From: Candidatus Undinarchaeales archaeon
Lineage (GTDB): Archaea; SpSt-1190; JASMDC01
Length of the DNA: 64,000 nt
Direction of reading: 5' to 3'
Assembly (NCBI GenBank): GCA_030753015.1
Contig: JASMDC010000006.1
Location: 80,563-144,562 of the forward strand
This document shows, piece by piece, positions 21,953 through 31,214 of this stretch. The notes beneath the pieces were generated by a model. It ran no database searches. It was given only the letters and a program-made list of their open reading frames with translations, and was not told the origin of the DNA. Numbering within the stretch: position 1 is the first letter of the stretch; every line of letters begins with the position of its first letter. The position numbers and the translations under genes were made by a program.

Positions 21953-23869
21953 ATGGGCTTCGATGCCGTCCGAAAGAGGGCGAAGGCCTCGTGGGACGGG
22001 CTCGTCAGCAGCTCCATTCCCGTGATATACTTCGGCGCGGCCTCCTGCGGGAGGGCGGCAGGAGTGATGGCCGTCAAGGAGGCCGCGGTCAGGTATCTTG
22101 ACCGTACGGACACCGATGCCAGGCTCGTCGACGTGGGCTGCATCGGCCCCTGCTGCTACGAGCCGCTTGTGTACGTCCAGAAGCCGGGGAGGCCGCCCAT
22201 CTGCTACTCCAACATGGACCCTGATGGGATAGAGACTCTCCTGGAGGGCTACCTTGCGAGTGACGATCCGATGGGGGATATGGCACTGGGCGTGCTGGGG
22301 GACGAGGCCGTGGACGGCATCCCGCCGCTCTTTGAACACCCCATGCTGGCACCCCAGGTGCGGCTCGTGCTGCGCAACTGCGGTATCATAGATCCCACCG
22401 AGATCGACCACAGTATCGCCCATGGTGGGTACGAGGGAATACGAAAGGCCCTGTCCATGACGCCCGAGGAGGTCATCGAGGAAGTGAAGGCCTCCGGGCT
22501 CCGCGGGAGGGGCGGCGCAGGATTCTCCACGGGTACCAAGTGGGCGTTCTGCAGGGACGCCGAGGGTGAGCCTAAGTACTTGATATGCAACGCGGACGAG
22601 GGCGATCCGGGGGCGTTCATGAACCGCTCGCTACTGGAGGGCGACCCCCACACCGTGCTGGAGGGGATGCTCATCGCAGGCTATGCAATCGGGTGCCGTC
22701 ACGGTTACGTCTACATCAGGGCTGAGTACCCCCTCGCAATCGAGCGCCTGATCCACGCCATCGAGCAGATGAGGGCGCACGGCCTGCTCGGCGAGAACAT
22801 CATGGGCTCGGACTTCTGCTTCGACATCGAGATCAAGAAGGGGGCCGGCGCGTTTGTGTGCGGCGAGGAGACCGCGCTCATGGCTTCCATCGAGGGGAAG
22901 AGGGGCATGCCTAGGACAAGACCCCCGTTCCCGGCGACCTCGGGTGTGTGGGGTAAGCCCACGAACATCAACAACGTGGAGACCCTCGGGAGCCTCGCGA
23001 ACATCATCCGGATGGGAGCAGAGGAGTACGCAATGCAGGGATCCGACACGGCCAGGGGGACGAAGACCTTCTCCCTGGTGGGCAAGGTGAAGAGGACGGG
23101 GCTGATCGAGGTCCCCCTCGGCACCCCGGTGAAGGAGATCCTCTTCGGGATCGGTGGTGGCATCGAAAACGACCGGCAGTTCAAGGCGGTGCAGACCGGT
23201 GGGCCCTCTGGGGGCTGCATCCCGCGGTCGAAGCTGGATCTCCCCGTAGACTACGAGTCCCTCCAGGAGGCAGGCGCCATCATGGGCTCGGGTGGGATGA
23301 TCGTCATGGACGATGAGACCTGCATGGTGGACGTGGCCCATTACTTCCTATCCTTCACCCAAGCCGAGTCCTGCGGCAAGTGCGCACCGTGCCGCATCGG
23401 CACGAAGCGGATGCTGGACATCCTGGGAAAGATCAAGGACGGGAACGGAGAGATGGGGGACCTTGATGAGCTCGAATCCCTCTCCTGGACCATCCAGAAC
23501 GGCTCCCTCTGCGCGCTGGGGCAGACCGCCCCCAATCCCGTCCTGACCACCCTGCGCTATTTCAGGGACGAGTTCGAGGAGCACATACGCGAGGGGCGCT
23601 GCCGTGCCCGCGTGTGTAAGCCGCTCATCCGCTACGAGATAGTGGAAGAGCGCTGCATCGGGTGCGGGGCCTGCCAGAAGCGGTGCCCTGTAGATGCTAT
23701 CTTGGAGACCAGCCGACCGGTCACGAAGGGCAAGGGCAAGACAAGGGCCATCGATCCCAAGCTCTGCGTCCGCTGCGGCATCTGCCTTTCCGTGTGCCCG
23801 CCGAGCGCGGACGCCGTCGAGAAGTTCTCGCCCGCCACCGCAGAGGTGGCCGGGGGTGGCGGCCGATGA
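21953..23869 (+). CDS. nuoF: NuoF/HydB-like FMN/NAD-binding subunit with N-terminal thioredoxin-like Fe-S domain and C-terminal 2x[4Fe-4S] domain (BfuB-type)
   Basis: GLRGRGGAGF, CNADEGDPGAFM, GAGAFVCGEETAL, GGPSGG, ESCGKCAPCR, CIGCGAC..CP and CVRCGIC..CP. Confidence 0.93.
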   Translation: MGFDAVRKRAKASWDGLVSSSIPVIYFGAASCGRAAGVMAVKEAAVRYLDRTDTDARLVDVGCIGPCCYEPLVYVQKPGRPPICYSNMDPDGIETLLEGYLASDDPMGDMALGVLGDEAVDGIPPLFEHPMLAPQVRLVLRNCGIIDPTEIDHSIAHGGYEGIRKALSMTPEEVIEEVKASGLRGRGGAGFSTGTKWAFCRDAEGEPKYLICNADEGDPGAFMNRSLLEGDPHTVLEGMLIAGYAIGCRHGYVYIRAEYPLAIERLIHAIEQMRAHGLLGENIMGSDFCFDIEIKKGAGAFVCGEETALMASIEGKRGMPRTRPPFPATSGVWGKPTNINNVETLGSLANIIRMGAEEYAMQGSDTARGTKTFSLVGKVKRTGLIEVPLGTPVKEILFGIGGGIENDRQFKAVQTGGPSGGCIPRSKLDLPVDYESLQEAGAIMGSGGMIVMDDETCMVDVAHYFLSFTQAESCGKCAPCRIGTKRMLDILGKIKDGNGEMGDLDELESLSWTIQNGSLCALGQTAPNPVLTTLRYFRDEFEEHIREGRCRARVCKPLIRYEIVEERCIGCGACQKRCPVDAILETSRPVTKGKGKTRAIDPKLCVRCGICLSVCPPSADAVEKFSPATAEVAGGGGR

Positions 23870-26163
23870 GGATCACCATCGACGGAGCGGAGGTGCCCTT
23901 TACGGAGGGCCAGACCATCCTCGAGGCAGCCCGCGATGGCGGCATCTACATCCCTACTTTGTGCGCCCACGAGGGGCTCCCGCCCCTCGGTGCGTGCCGC
24001 CTCTGCGTGGTGAAGGTGGAGGGCATGCGGGGGTTCCCGCCCGCGTGCAGTATCCCTGCCGCAGACGGGATGGTAGTTCATAGTGAAGCTGAGGAGGTCA
24101 TGCGGCTCCGCCGGAACGTCCTGGCGCTCATCCTGATCGAGCACCCCCACGCCTGCCTCGTGTGCGGCGAACGCGAGGAGTGCGAGAAGCTTCGGGGCGA
24201 TCCGGAGAAGGCGGGGAGAGTCACTGGTTGCTCAACCTGCCCCAAGCGGCCAACCTGTGAGATACTCGAGGTCGCCGATTACCTGGGGATGGCCGACACC
24301 GGCATCCCCATGGTGTACAAGGGACTACCGGTGGAGCGTGACGACCCGTTCCTCGACAGGGACTACAACCTGTGCATCCTGTGCGGCCGGTGCGTTCGCA
24401 TGTGCCAGGATGTGCAGGGCGTGGGCGCCATCGCCTTCACCCACCGCGGGAATTCAACGAAGGTCGGAACCTTGTTCGGGCGTCCCCACCTCCTCGGGCC
24501 CTGCCGCTTCTGCGGCGCCTGCATCGACGTATGTCCCACCGGCGCCCTGTCGGCACGGGGGAGCAAATGGCACGGCGAACCCGACGCGACCACCGCGTCG
24601 ACCTGCGCCTTCTGCTCCCTTGGATGCCCAGTGGTGCTCGAGGTGAAGTGGGACAGGGTTATGGCGGCCGTACCTGGCAAGCAACGGGGCAGCGGACACG
24701 CGTGCGCATGCGTCTACGGCAGGTTCTGCATCCCCGCTGTGGTCAACGCCTCCAACCGGCTGCGCTACCCACGGATCAGAAAGGACGGCACACTCGCACC
24801 AGTATCCTGGGACGAGGCGTTCCACTACGTCGCGGATGCTTTTGAGGGCGTCTCACCAGCGGAGACGGGCTTCCTGATATCCCCTCATGTCACGAGCGAA
24901 TCCGCCTGGCTGATCCGGAGGCTCGCCCGGGATGTGGTGGGCACCAGCAACATCGATGTACTGTCTTCCTTCGGACGGGCCGTGATGCGCTTTGCTGCCG
25001 ACGTTGGCGATGGAGCATCGGCCTGGGCTGGCCTGGACGACGTGGAACGCGCCGACTGGCTGCTCCTTGTGAAGGATGACGTTGTCTACAGTCATCCGGC
25101 CCTTGCAGCAGCGGTCAACTGCGCCCGCGAGCGTGGTGCCACGGTCATACTCGTGGACGACGGTGAGAACGACCTGGCGACGTCGGCGGACCTTAAGGTG
25201 CTCATCGAGCCTGGCTCGTTGAGGGCCGTGCTCGCAGCCGTTGCGAAGGGGCTCCTCGTGGAGCATGGGGACGCTGTGATCGAGGGCATCGAGGCCCTCA
25301 GCACATCCCTGGAAGGATCTACCCACGAGGGGGCCGCGAAGCTTGCCGGCATATCCGTGGAATGCCTGGGTGACATTACCAAGACCCTGCACTCATCTCG
25401 AACGGGCGTCATCGTCGTCGGTCCGCGCATCCTGGACGACCCGGAGCCGGACCAGGTGCTCGCCGCTATCCGCGACCTGCTGGTGCTTCGCGGTGTTGAG
25501 CGGGGCTTCATGCCGCTGGTGGAAGAGGGCAACCTCAGGGGAGCGTACGAGGCTGGCGGCTTCCTGGACACGAGTGAGGGAGACAAGGACGTGATGGACG
25601 CACTGCGCCGCGGCGATGTGAAGGTCCTCGTCGCCGGCGAGGGCTCGATCCCTCCCGACGACATCCCCGAGGGGACGTTCCTTGTGATATCGGAGCCACA
25701 TCCCTCTGTGCTGGACGACCGGGCCGATGTTATCTTCCCCTCGGCCGTCTTCACCGAGGAGGACGGGCACTTCACCTCGCTCGACGGCCGAGAACGGAAG
25801 CTTGCAAAGGCTGCAGATCCACCTGGCATGGCCATGCCCGATTGGATGATCACCGCGGGGCTGGCGCGGGTCATGGGAGCCTGCGGATTCGAGCATGGCT
25901 CCAGTGAGGAGGTCCACCGGGAGATGGCGAAGGCCATCTCCCTGTTCCCGGGGAAGGAACGACCTTCCTTCCCATCCCGTAGGGAGCTGCTCCCCATCGC
26001 GGATACGTGCTCGCTCCATCTGGGCGAGCACGCGAGGGCGACGATGCGCTACCGGGGCACGGCCCTGCACGAGCTCGTGGGGGACCTGCGCATCTACCTC
26101 GAGGCCAGGGGGCGTATCCCAATGAAGGACTCAGAGGGATCCGAGAAGGAGGGAACACGATGA
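23866..26163 (+). CDS. NuoG/FdhF-like multi-Fe-S subunit with degenerate molybdopterin domain (BfuA-type)
   Basis: ATG 23866 overlaps the previous stop (ATGA). Contains IPTLC..GACRLC..AC, HxxxCxxC, CILCGRCVRMC, CRFCGACIDVCP and CAFCSLGC..C; no Mo-ligand Cys/Sec. Confidence 0.9.
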   Translation: MRITIDGAEVPFTEGQTILEAARDGGIYIPTLCAHEGLPPLGACRLCVVKVEGMRGFPPACSIPAADGMVVHSEAEEVMRLRRNVLALILIEHPHACLVCGEREECEKLRGDPEKAGRVTGCSTCPKRPTCEILEVADYLGMADTGIPMVYKGLPVERDDPFLDRDYNLCILCGRCVRMCQDVQGVGAIAFTHRGNSTKVGTLFGRPHLLGPCRFCGACIDVCPTGALSARGSKWHGEPDATTASTCAFCSLGCPVVLEVKWDRVMAAVPGKQRGSGHACACVYGRFCIPAVVNASNRLRYPRIRKDGTLAPVSWDEAFHYVADAFEGVSPAETGFLISPHVTSESAWLIRRLARDVVGTSNIDVLSSFGRAVMRFAADVGDGASAWAGLDDVERADWLLLVKDDVVYSHPALAAAVNCARERGATVILVDDGENDLATSADLKVLIEPGSLRAVLAAVAKGLLVEHGDAVIEGIEALSTSLEGSTHEGAAKLAGISVECLGDITKTLHSSRTGVIVVGPRILDDPEPDQVLAAIRDLLVLRGVERGFMPLVEEGNLRGAYEAGGFLDTSEGDKDVMDALRRGDVKVLVAGEGSIPPDDIPEGTFLVISEPHPSVLDDRADVIFPSAVFTEEDGHFTSLDGRERKLAKAADPPGMAMPDWMITAGLARVMGACGFEHGSSEEVHREMAKAISLFPGKERPSFPSRRELLPIADTCSLHLGEHARATMRYRGTALHELVGDLRIYLEARGRIPMKDSEGSEKEGTR

Positions 26164-27020
26164 GCTACCGTATAGTCCACAAGGAGGAAGTGGTTCCCAA
26201 TGTCCACAAGCTGGTGATTGAGGACCCGCGCATCGCCCGGACCGCACAGCCCGGACAGTTCGTGTTGCTCATGCCCACCGAGGAGGGTGAACGCACACCC
26301 ATCACCCTCTCCGACTGGGACGTGGAAAGGGGCACTATAACGCTCTACGTGCTGGAATTTGGCATCACATCCATGAAGCTTGCGAATATGACGGAGGGCG
26401 ACACCGTGTTCAGCCTCGCCGGCCCACTCGGCCTACCAACACGGGTGGAGCAATTCGGCACGGTGCTCCTGGGGGGCGGGTGCTACGGCATCGGCGGCAT
26501 ACTCCCTGTCGCCAGGGCCATGAAGGAGGCCGGGAACCACGTAGTGGTGATAATAGAGGCCCGTAGCAACTTCCTGCTCTATAACAAGGAGGAGCTAGGC
26601 TCCGTTGCGGACGAGCTCCATGTCACGACAACGGACGGTTCCGAGGGGACGAAGGGTCACAACTGGGACCTGATAGGAGAGCTCCTCGACGAGGGCCGGA
26701 CCTTCGACCGGGCCTACTTCGTGGGCTGCACCCGCATGCTGATGAGATGCGCTGAGGCAACCCGGCCAGCCGGGATCCCCACCGGTGTAGCGCTCAATGC
26801 CATCATGGTGGACGGTACCGGGATGTGCGGCTGCTGTCGGGTCACCGTGGGCGGGAAGACGAGGTTCGTGTGTGTGGACGGTCCTGAAATGGATGGACAC
26901 GAGGTGGATTGGGAGGAGCTGTTCAACCGCAAGTGCTCCTACCGGGGAGACGAGGCGCGCGCCTACCAGACCCACACGTGTCGAGTGACCGGTGCTCGTG
27001 TGAAGGGGAGTGATTCTTGA
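26160..27020 (+). CDS. nfnA: NfnA/SudB (FAD/NAD-binding, [2Fe-2S]) subunit
   Basis: AQPGQFV..GERTPIT, GPLG, DGTGMCGCCRV..CVDGP; ATGA overlap with the upstream gene. Confidence 0.9.
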   Translation: MSYRIVHKEEVVPNVHKLVIEDPRIARTAQPGQFVLLMPTEEGERTPITLSDWDVERGTITLYVLEFGITSMKLANMTEGDTVFSLAGPLGLPTRVEQFGTVLLGGGCYGIGGILPVARAMKEAGNHVVVIIEARSNFLLYNKEELGSVADELHVTTTDGSEGTKGHNWDLIGELLDEGRTFDRAYFVGCTRMLMRCAEATRPAGIPTGVALNAIMVDGTGMCGCCRVTVGGKTRFVCVDGPEMDGHEVDWEELFNRKCSYRGDEARAYQTHTCRVTGARVKGSDS

Positions 27021-28450
27021 TGGTGAAGCCGGGAGAGAGGGACCGTGTGAAGATGCCGGAGCAACTGCCCGAGGTGCGTGCCCGTAACTTCGAGGAGGTG
27101 CCCTTGGGCCTCACCGCAGAGCTGGCCGTCGCGGAGGCGGAGCGTTGCCTCAACTGCAAGAAACCGTTCTGCGTGGATGGATGCCCGGTGAGCGTCAAGA
27201 TCCCCGAGTTCATCTCCCTGATAAGTGAGGGCAGGTTCGCCGAGGCCGCACGGAAGGTGAAGGAGACCAACGCGCTCCCCGCTGTGTGCGGACGGGTGTG
27301 CCCCCAGGAGGTCCAGTGCGAAGCAAGGTGCGTGCTCGGCAAGAAGTACGAGCCCGTGGCCATCGGCTACTTGGAGCGCTTTGTCGCCGACCACGAGCGC
27401 GAGAATGATCTGATCGAACTGGCGGAGCGCGCCCCCTCCACTGGGAAGAAGGTAGCGGTCATCGGCGCAGGCCCCTCCGGGCTCACTGTGGCAGGGGATC
27501 TCATCAAGCTCGGGCACGACGTGGTGATATTCGAGGCGCTCCACAAGCCCGGCGGCGTCCTCACCTACGGCATCCCCGAGTTCCGCCTCCCCATGCGCGT
27601 CATCGAGGCCGAGGTCGCCAACCTGCTGGAGCAGGGCGTGAGTCTGGAGATGGACTCGGTCATCGGCAAGGTGCGGACCGTGCGCGAGCTGATGGAGGAG
27701 GATGGATTCGACACCGTGTTCATTGGTGTGGGCGCAGGCCTGCCGCGCTTCATGGGCGTGCCCGGTGAGAACCTCAACGGTATCTACTCGTCCAATGAGT
27801 ACCTCACGCGCTCGAACCTCATGAACGCCTTCCGCTTCCCCGAGTACGACACACCCGTGGAGCGGGCGAGGAAGGCAGTGGTCATCGGCGGCGGCAATGT
27901 TGCCATGGACTCGGTGCGCACGGCACTACGCCTGGGAGCAAAGGATGCCATCATCGCCTATCGCCGCGCCCGGGAGCAGCTGCCGGCCCGGACGGAGGAG
28001 ATCCACCACGCCGAGCAGGAGGGCGTGCGGTTCCACTTCCTGACGGCCCCCATCCGCTTCATCGGCGATGACCGCGGATTCGTGAAGGCAATGGAGTGCA
28101 TCTGCATGGAGCTGGGCGAGCCCGACGCCAGCGGCAGGAGACGGCCGGTTCCTATAGAGGGCTCCAACTTCATCATGGAGGCGGACCTTGTGGTAATCGC
28201 CGTCGGTACGAACTCCAATCCTCTGCTCACCTCCACCATGCCGGAGCTGGAGCTGAACAAATGGGGCAACATAGTCACCAACGAGGACGGCGCCACCAAC
28301 ATCGAAGGTGTGTACGCCGGTGGCGACATCGTCACGGGCAGCGCCACGGTGATCGAGGCCATGGGTGCGGGGCGCCGCGCCGCGAGGGCGATGCACGAGT
28401 ACATGACTGAAGGACGGTGGAAGGTGGAGAGGAAAGAGAGCGAGAAATGA
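27020..28450 (+). CDS. nfnB: NfnB/SudA (GltD-like, NADP-binding FAD/Fe-S subunit)
   Basis: RCLNCKKPFCVDGCP, CGRVCPQEVQCE, GAGPSG, YGIPEFRLP, GGGNVAMD, YRR, GGDIVTG.ATVI.AMG; TGATG coupling. Confidence 0.93.
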   Translation: MVKPGERDRVKMPEQLPEVRARNFEEVPLGLTAELAVAEAERCLNCKKPFCVDGCPVSVKIPEFISLISEGRFAEAARKVKETNALPAVCGRVCPQEVQCEARCVLGKKYEPVAIGYLERFVADHERENDLIELAERAPSTGKKVAVIGAGPSGLTVAGDLIKLGHDVVIFEALHKPGGVLTYGIPEFRLPMRVIEAEVANLLEQGVSLEMDSVIGKVRTVRELMEEDGFDTVFIGVGAGLPRFMGVPGENLNGIYSSNEYLTRSNLMNAFRFPEYDTPVERARKAVVIGGGNVAMDSVRTALRLGAKDAIIAYRRAREQLPARTEEIHHAEQEGVRFHFLTAPIRFIGDDRGFVKAMECICMELGEPDASGRRRPVPIEGSNFIMEADLVVIAVGTNSNPLLTSTMPELELNKWGNIVTNEDGATNIEGVYAGGDIVTGSATVIEAMGAGRRAARAMHEYMTEGRWKVERKESEK

Positions 28451-28532
28451 GGGTATGCTCCCCCCTCACCGACACCCTCGGAAATTGACGGTCGAAAACA
28501 TATAAAGGCAGTATCTCTAAGAGAGTCCACGG

Positions 28533-30836
28533 ATGGCCGCCCGGAAGAACTATCTGCTCAAACGCATCCTCAATGACCGGAAGTTCATCGAGTACGCCCT
28601 CCAGTGGGAAGGCCTGGGTCTCTCGTATGTGCGCTACAAGCAGATGGGGCCGGCAGTGCACCCCGATGAGAAGAAGATCCTGCTCGAGAACATCGCACGG
28701 CTTGTGATCACCAGTGACGAGGCTCACGTGTCCTACATCGCGAACCTCTTCGATTATGATGACCTCATCAAGATCGAGGAACGCATCTTCGGAAAGGGCA
28801 AGATCGGCGGGAAGAGTACGGGGATGCTGCTCGCTTTCAACGCCCTGCACAGGCACAGGGAGCATCTGGGATTCGAGGTCAGGATCCCAGACTCATGGTA
28901 CTTGGGCAGCAACATGGACACCGAGTTCCTGACCTTGAACGGCTTGCAACGGTTCGAGAATGCCAAGTGGCAGGAAAGCATCCAGTTGGATAACTACAAT
29001 GAGTTCATGGAGCTGTTACCCGAGACCCGTCTCCCTCAGAAGATCCTCAAGAAACTACGCTCCCTGCTCCGAGAGACCCACGGTACACCCCTGATCCTCC
29101 GCTCCTCGTCGCTCCTCGAGGACAGCCATGGAACCCCCTTTCCTGGGATGTATGAAAGCTACTTCATCCCGAACTGTTATTCTTTGACAGAGAACCTGAG
29201 GATGACGGTCGACGCTGTCAAGAACATCTACTCATCGATCTTCAAACCTGACTGCTTCAACTACCGGAAGAAGAAAGGCCTATTGCAGGAATATGAGGCC
29301 ATGGCCATACTGATACAGAAGGTCGTGGGGGGAAGGTACACGAGCCCCGAGGGCAAGGAGTATTTCTCCCCGCTCTTCTCCGGGGTTGGATTCTCGCAGA
29401 ACTGCTATCCCTGGTCGAAGGAGGTACGTCAAGGCGATGGTGTCGTGCGGCTTGCCCTGGGTCTCGGCACTGCTGTGGTCTCCCTTCCAGAGGAAGCGGA
29501 GGAGGCCGGTGTGTTCGTATGCGATCTCTCAACGTTCAGGACCCCCGCCCCCGAGGAACAGCTCAAGTCCTCCCAGAGGCTCGTCCATGCGGTGGACCTC
29601 CAAGAGACGGATATCAAAAAGACCATCAAACACCTCCCCATAAAGGACGTCGTGGCGTACAATGGTCTGTCGAGCCTTGGAGAGGGCCAGAACGGGGTCG
29701 AGGCGATCATCAGTATTCAGGAGGACTCGGGCAGTCTCGCACGGGCCTCAGGATACAACCTTCAAAAGGGATTCCCGTTCATCACCTTCCACTCCATCGA
29801 GAAGAAGTGGGGGCCGAGACTGAGAGAGGTCGTGAAGATAATCGAGTTCGCCTATGCAAAGAACGAGATGCACACGTTCCTCGACGAGTCGAAATGGACG
29901 CTCGTCGGGACGATCATCGGCGACTGCCCAGGGGACATCCGGGAGAGGCTCAAGGCGGATGACCTGTCCGATCCATTCGGGAGCATGATCGAAGCCGCTC
30001 AATTATCCTCCGAGATGAAGGAGAACCTGCACTACGTGGTCGAGGCCAAGAGGCTATTGGAGAACCTTTCCGATTATCCATCATTCAAATCAGCCCTAGG
30101 ATCGCTGTCCAATAAGGATCTGAAGGAGAGGCTCGGCCAGATAATAAGAAGGCACGCCATCGACATCGAATTCTCGGTCGTGGGCGACATACTCTACATA
30201 TTACAATGCCGCCCCCTGAGCTTATACGAAGAGACAGGACTGGACGAGAGCATGCACGCCATCCCACCCGAGAGGAGGTTCATCGACGTGAAGGCGGTGT
30301 GTCCCACGGCACAACTGGACATCACACGTGTGATCTATGTGGATGATGAGAAGTACATCCACATGTCACAACAACAAAAATACGCGGTCCGGGACAAGCT
30401 GAGCGAACTGAACAACTCGATGGGCGAGTCCATTGACCAGAAGGGAACCTCACACGAGGGGGATTTCATGTTCCTCCTTCCTGGGAGGGTGGGATCCTCC
30501 CATCCGGAGCTTGGTATCCCCGTGAAGTACAAAGATATTAACAACGCCCGGATACTGGTGGAGTATCCGCTCGGGCTGCAAAAGCCGGAGTTCTCCTACG
30601 GCTCGCATTTCTATCTGAGGTTGGTAGGTGACGGGATCTACACCTTTGGAATCCAGGAAGGTGACCTGTTCCGAAGGGAGCTGATCGAGATGAATGCCGT
30701 GCAGAGGTTCTTTGACGGGGCCATTATCGTCTCGAGACTCCCCCTCGGTGTGTACATGTCCGGAGTGGAGAGAAGGGTCGTATGTGAGATGATGGAGGGC
30801 GGAGAGTACGGACCCGAAGTGCTGCTCGAGATGTGA
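28533..30836 (+). CDS. PEP/pyruvate-binding (PPDK_N ATP-grasp) domain protein of unknown function
   Basis: GKIGGKS, RSSSLLED..FPGMYES, MAILIQKVVG, ALGLGT, DIEF..LQCRP, PGRVGSS..LGIPV, SYGSHF. TATAAA at 28501 suggests its own promoter. Confidence 0.85.
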   Translation: MAARKNYLLKRILNDRKFIEYALQWEGLGLSYVRYKQMGPAVHPDEKKILLENIARLVITSDEAHVSYIANLFDYDDLIKIEERIFGKGKIGGKSTGMLLAFNALHRHREHLGFEVRIPDSWYLGSNMDTEFLTLNGLQRFENAKWQESIQLDNYNEFMELLPETRLPQKILKKLRSLLRETHGTPLILRSSSLLEDSHGTPFPGMYESYFIPNCYSLTENLRMTVDAVKNIYSSIFKPDCFNYRKKKGLLQEYEAMAILIQKVVGGRYTSPEGKEYFSPLFSGVGFSQNCYPWSKEVRQGDGVVRLALGLGTAVVSLPEEAEEAGVFVCDLSTFRTPAPEEQLKSSQRLVHAVDLQETDIKKTIKHLPIKDVVAYNGLSSLGEGQNGVEAIISIQEDSGSLARASGYNLQKGFPFITFHSIEKKWGPRLREVVKIIEFAYAKNEMHTFLDESKWTLVGTIIGDCPGDIRERLKADDLSDPFGSMIEAAQLSSEMKENLHYVVEAKRLLENLSDYPSFKSALGSLSNKDLKERLGQIIRRHAIDIEFSVVGDILYILQCRPLSLYEETGLDESMHAIPPERRFIDVKAVCPTAQLDITRVIYVDDEKYIHMSQQQKYAVRDKLSELNNSMGESIDQKGTSHEGDFMFLLPGRVGSSHPELGIPVKYKDINNARILVEYPLGLQKPEFSYGSHFYLRLVGDGIYTFGIQEGDLFRRELIEMNAVQRFFDGAIIVSRLPLGVYMSGVERRVVCEMMEGGEYGPEVLLEM

Positions 30837-31214
30837 TGCTGGAACACCTTCCGCAAGACAGTATCATCTCGGGCCCGCCCGTACTGGGCTCAAATAATGA
30901 GAGTATCGTATGCCTTCCCGCTCATGAAGGGGGGAGGGAGGGGCTCGATGGCCAGGCATGGTCCACAGCGGTAACATCATCGTGAAAGCGATCCTCGCGT
31001 CTGGACGTGCCTCTAGGGCGATCCGCGGGCGGCTGTCGTCGGCCACCTAGCTCAGACGGACCTGGCAGCGAGCGTGGGCGCCCCGGCACGCGCCCGCCCC
31101 GCCAAGTGATAAATGTCTTGCGCTCGGAACGGATGGCGCAGGGGCCGTCCGGTCCCTTGAAGGAAGGATGCCCATGATGCGACCCGGACCAGTCCTTTGG
31201 GAGGGAGCACATCG

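Noticed and set aside
23662-23865. N-terminal extension of the 833-aa ORF, and similar extensions in the track for cdhA, atpE, atpH, nfnA, pyrK, pyrC and pyrE
   Set aside because: They overlap upstream genes or promoters; downstream starts have RBS or stop-start coupling and match family N-termini.
24900-25000. Possible selenocysteine formate dehydrogenase
   Set aside because: No in-frame TGA and no Cys/His active-site motif; no SECIS-like element recognised.
29856-30158. Possible intein in the PPDK_N protein (atpA also checked)
   Set aside because: No Cys/Ser start, no His-Asn end and no LAGLIDADG motif; atpA is of normal length.
30860-31200. GC-rich 350-nt intergenic region: SRP/RNase P RNA, or a remnant (MVHSGNIIVKAILASGRASRAIRGRL) resembling a GltD C-terminus
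   Set aside because: No SRP or RNase P consensus recognised; the peptide similarity is too short to support without a search.
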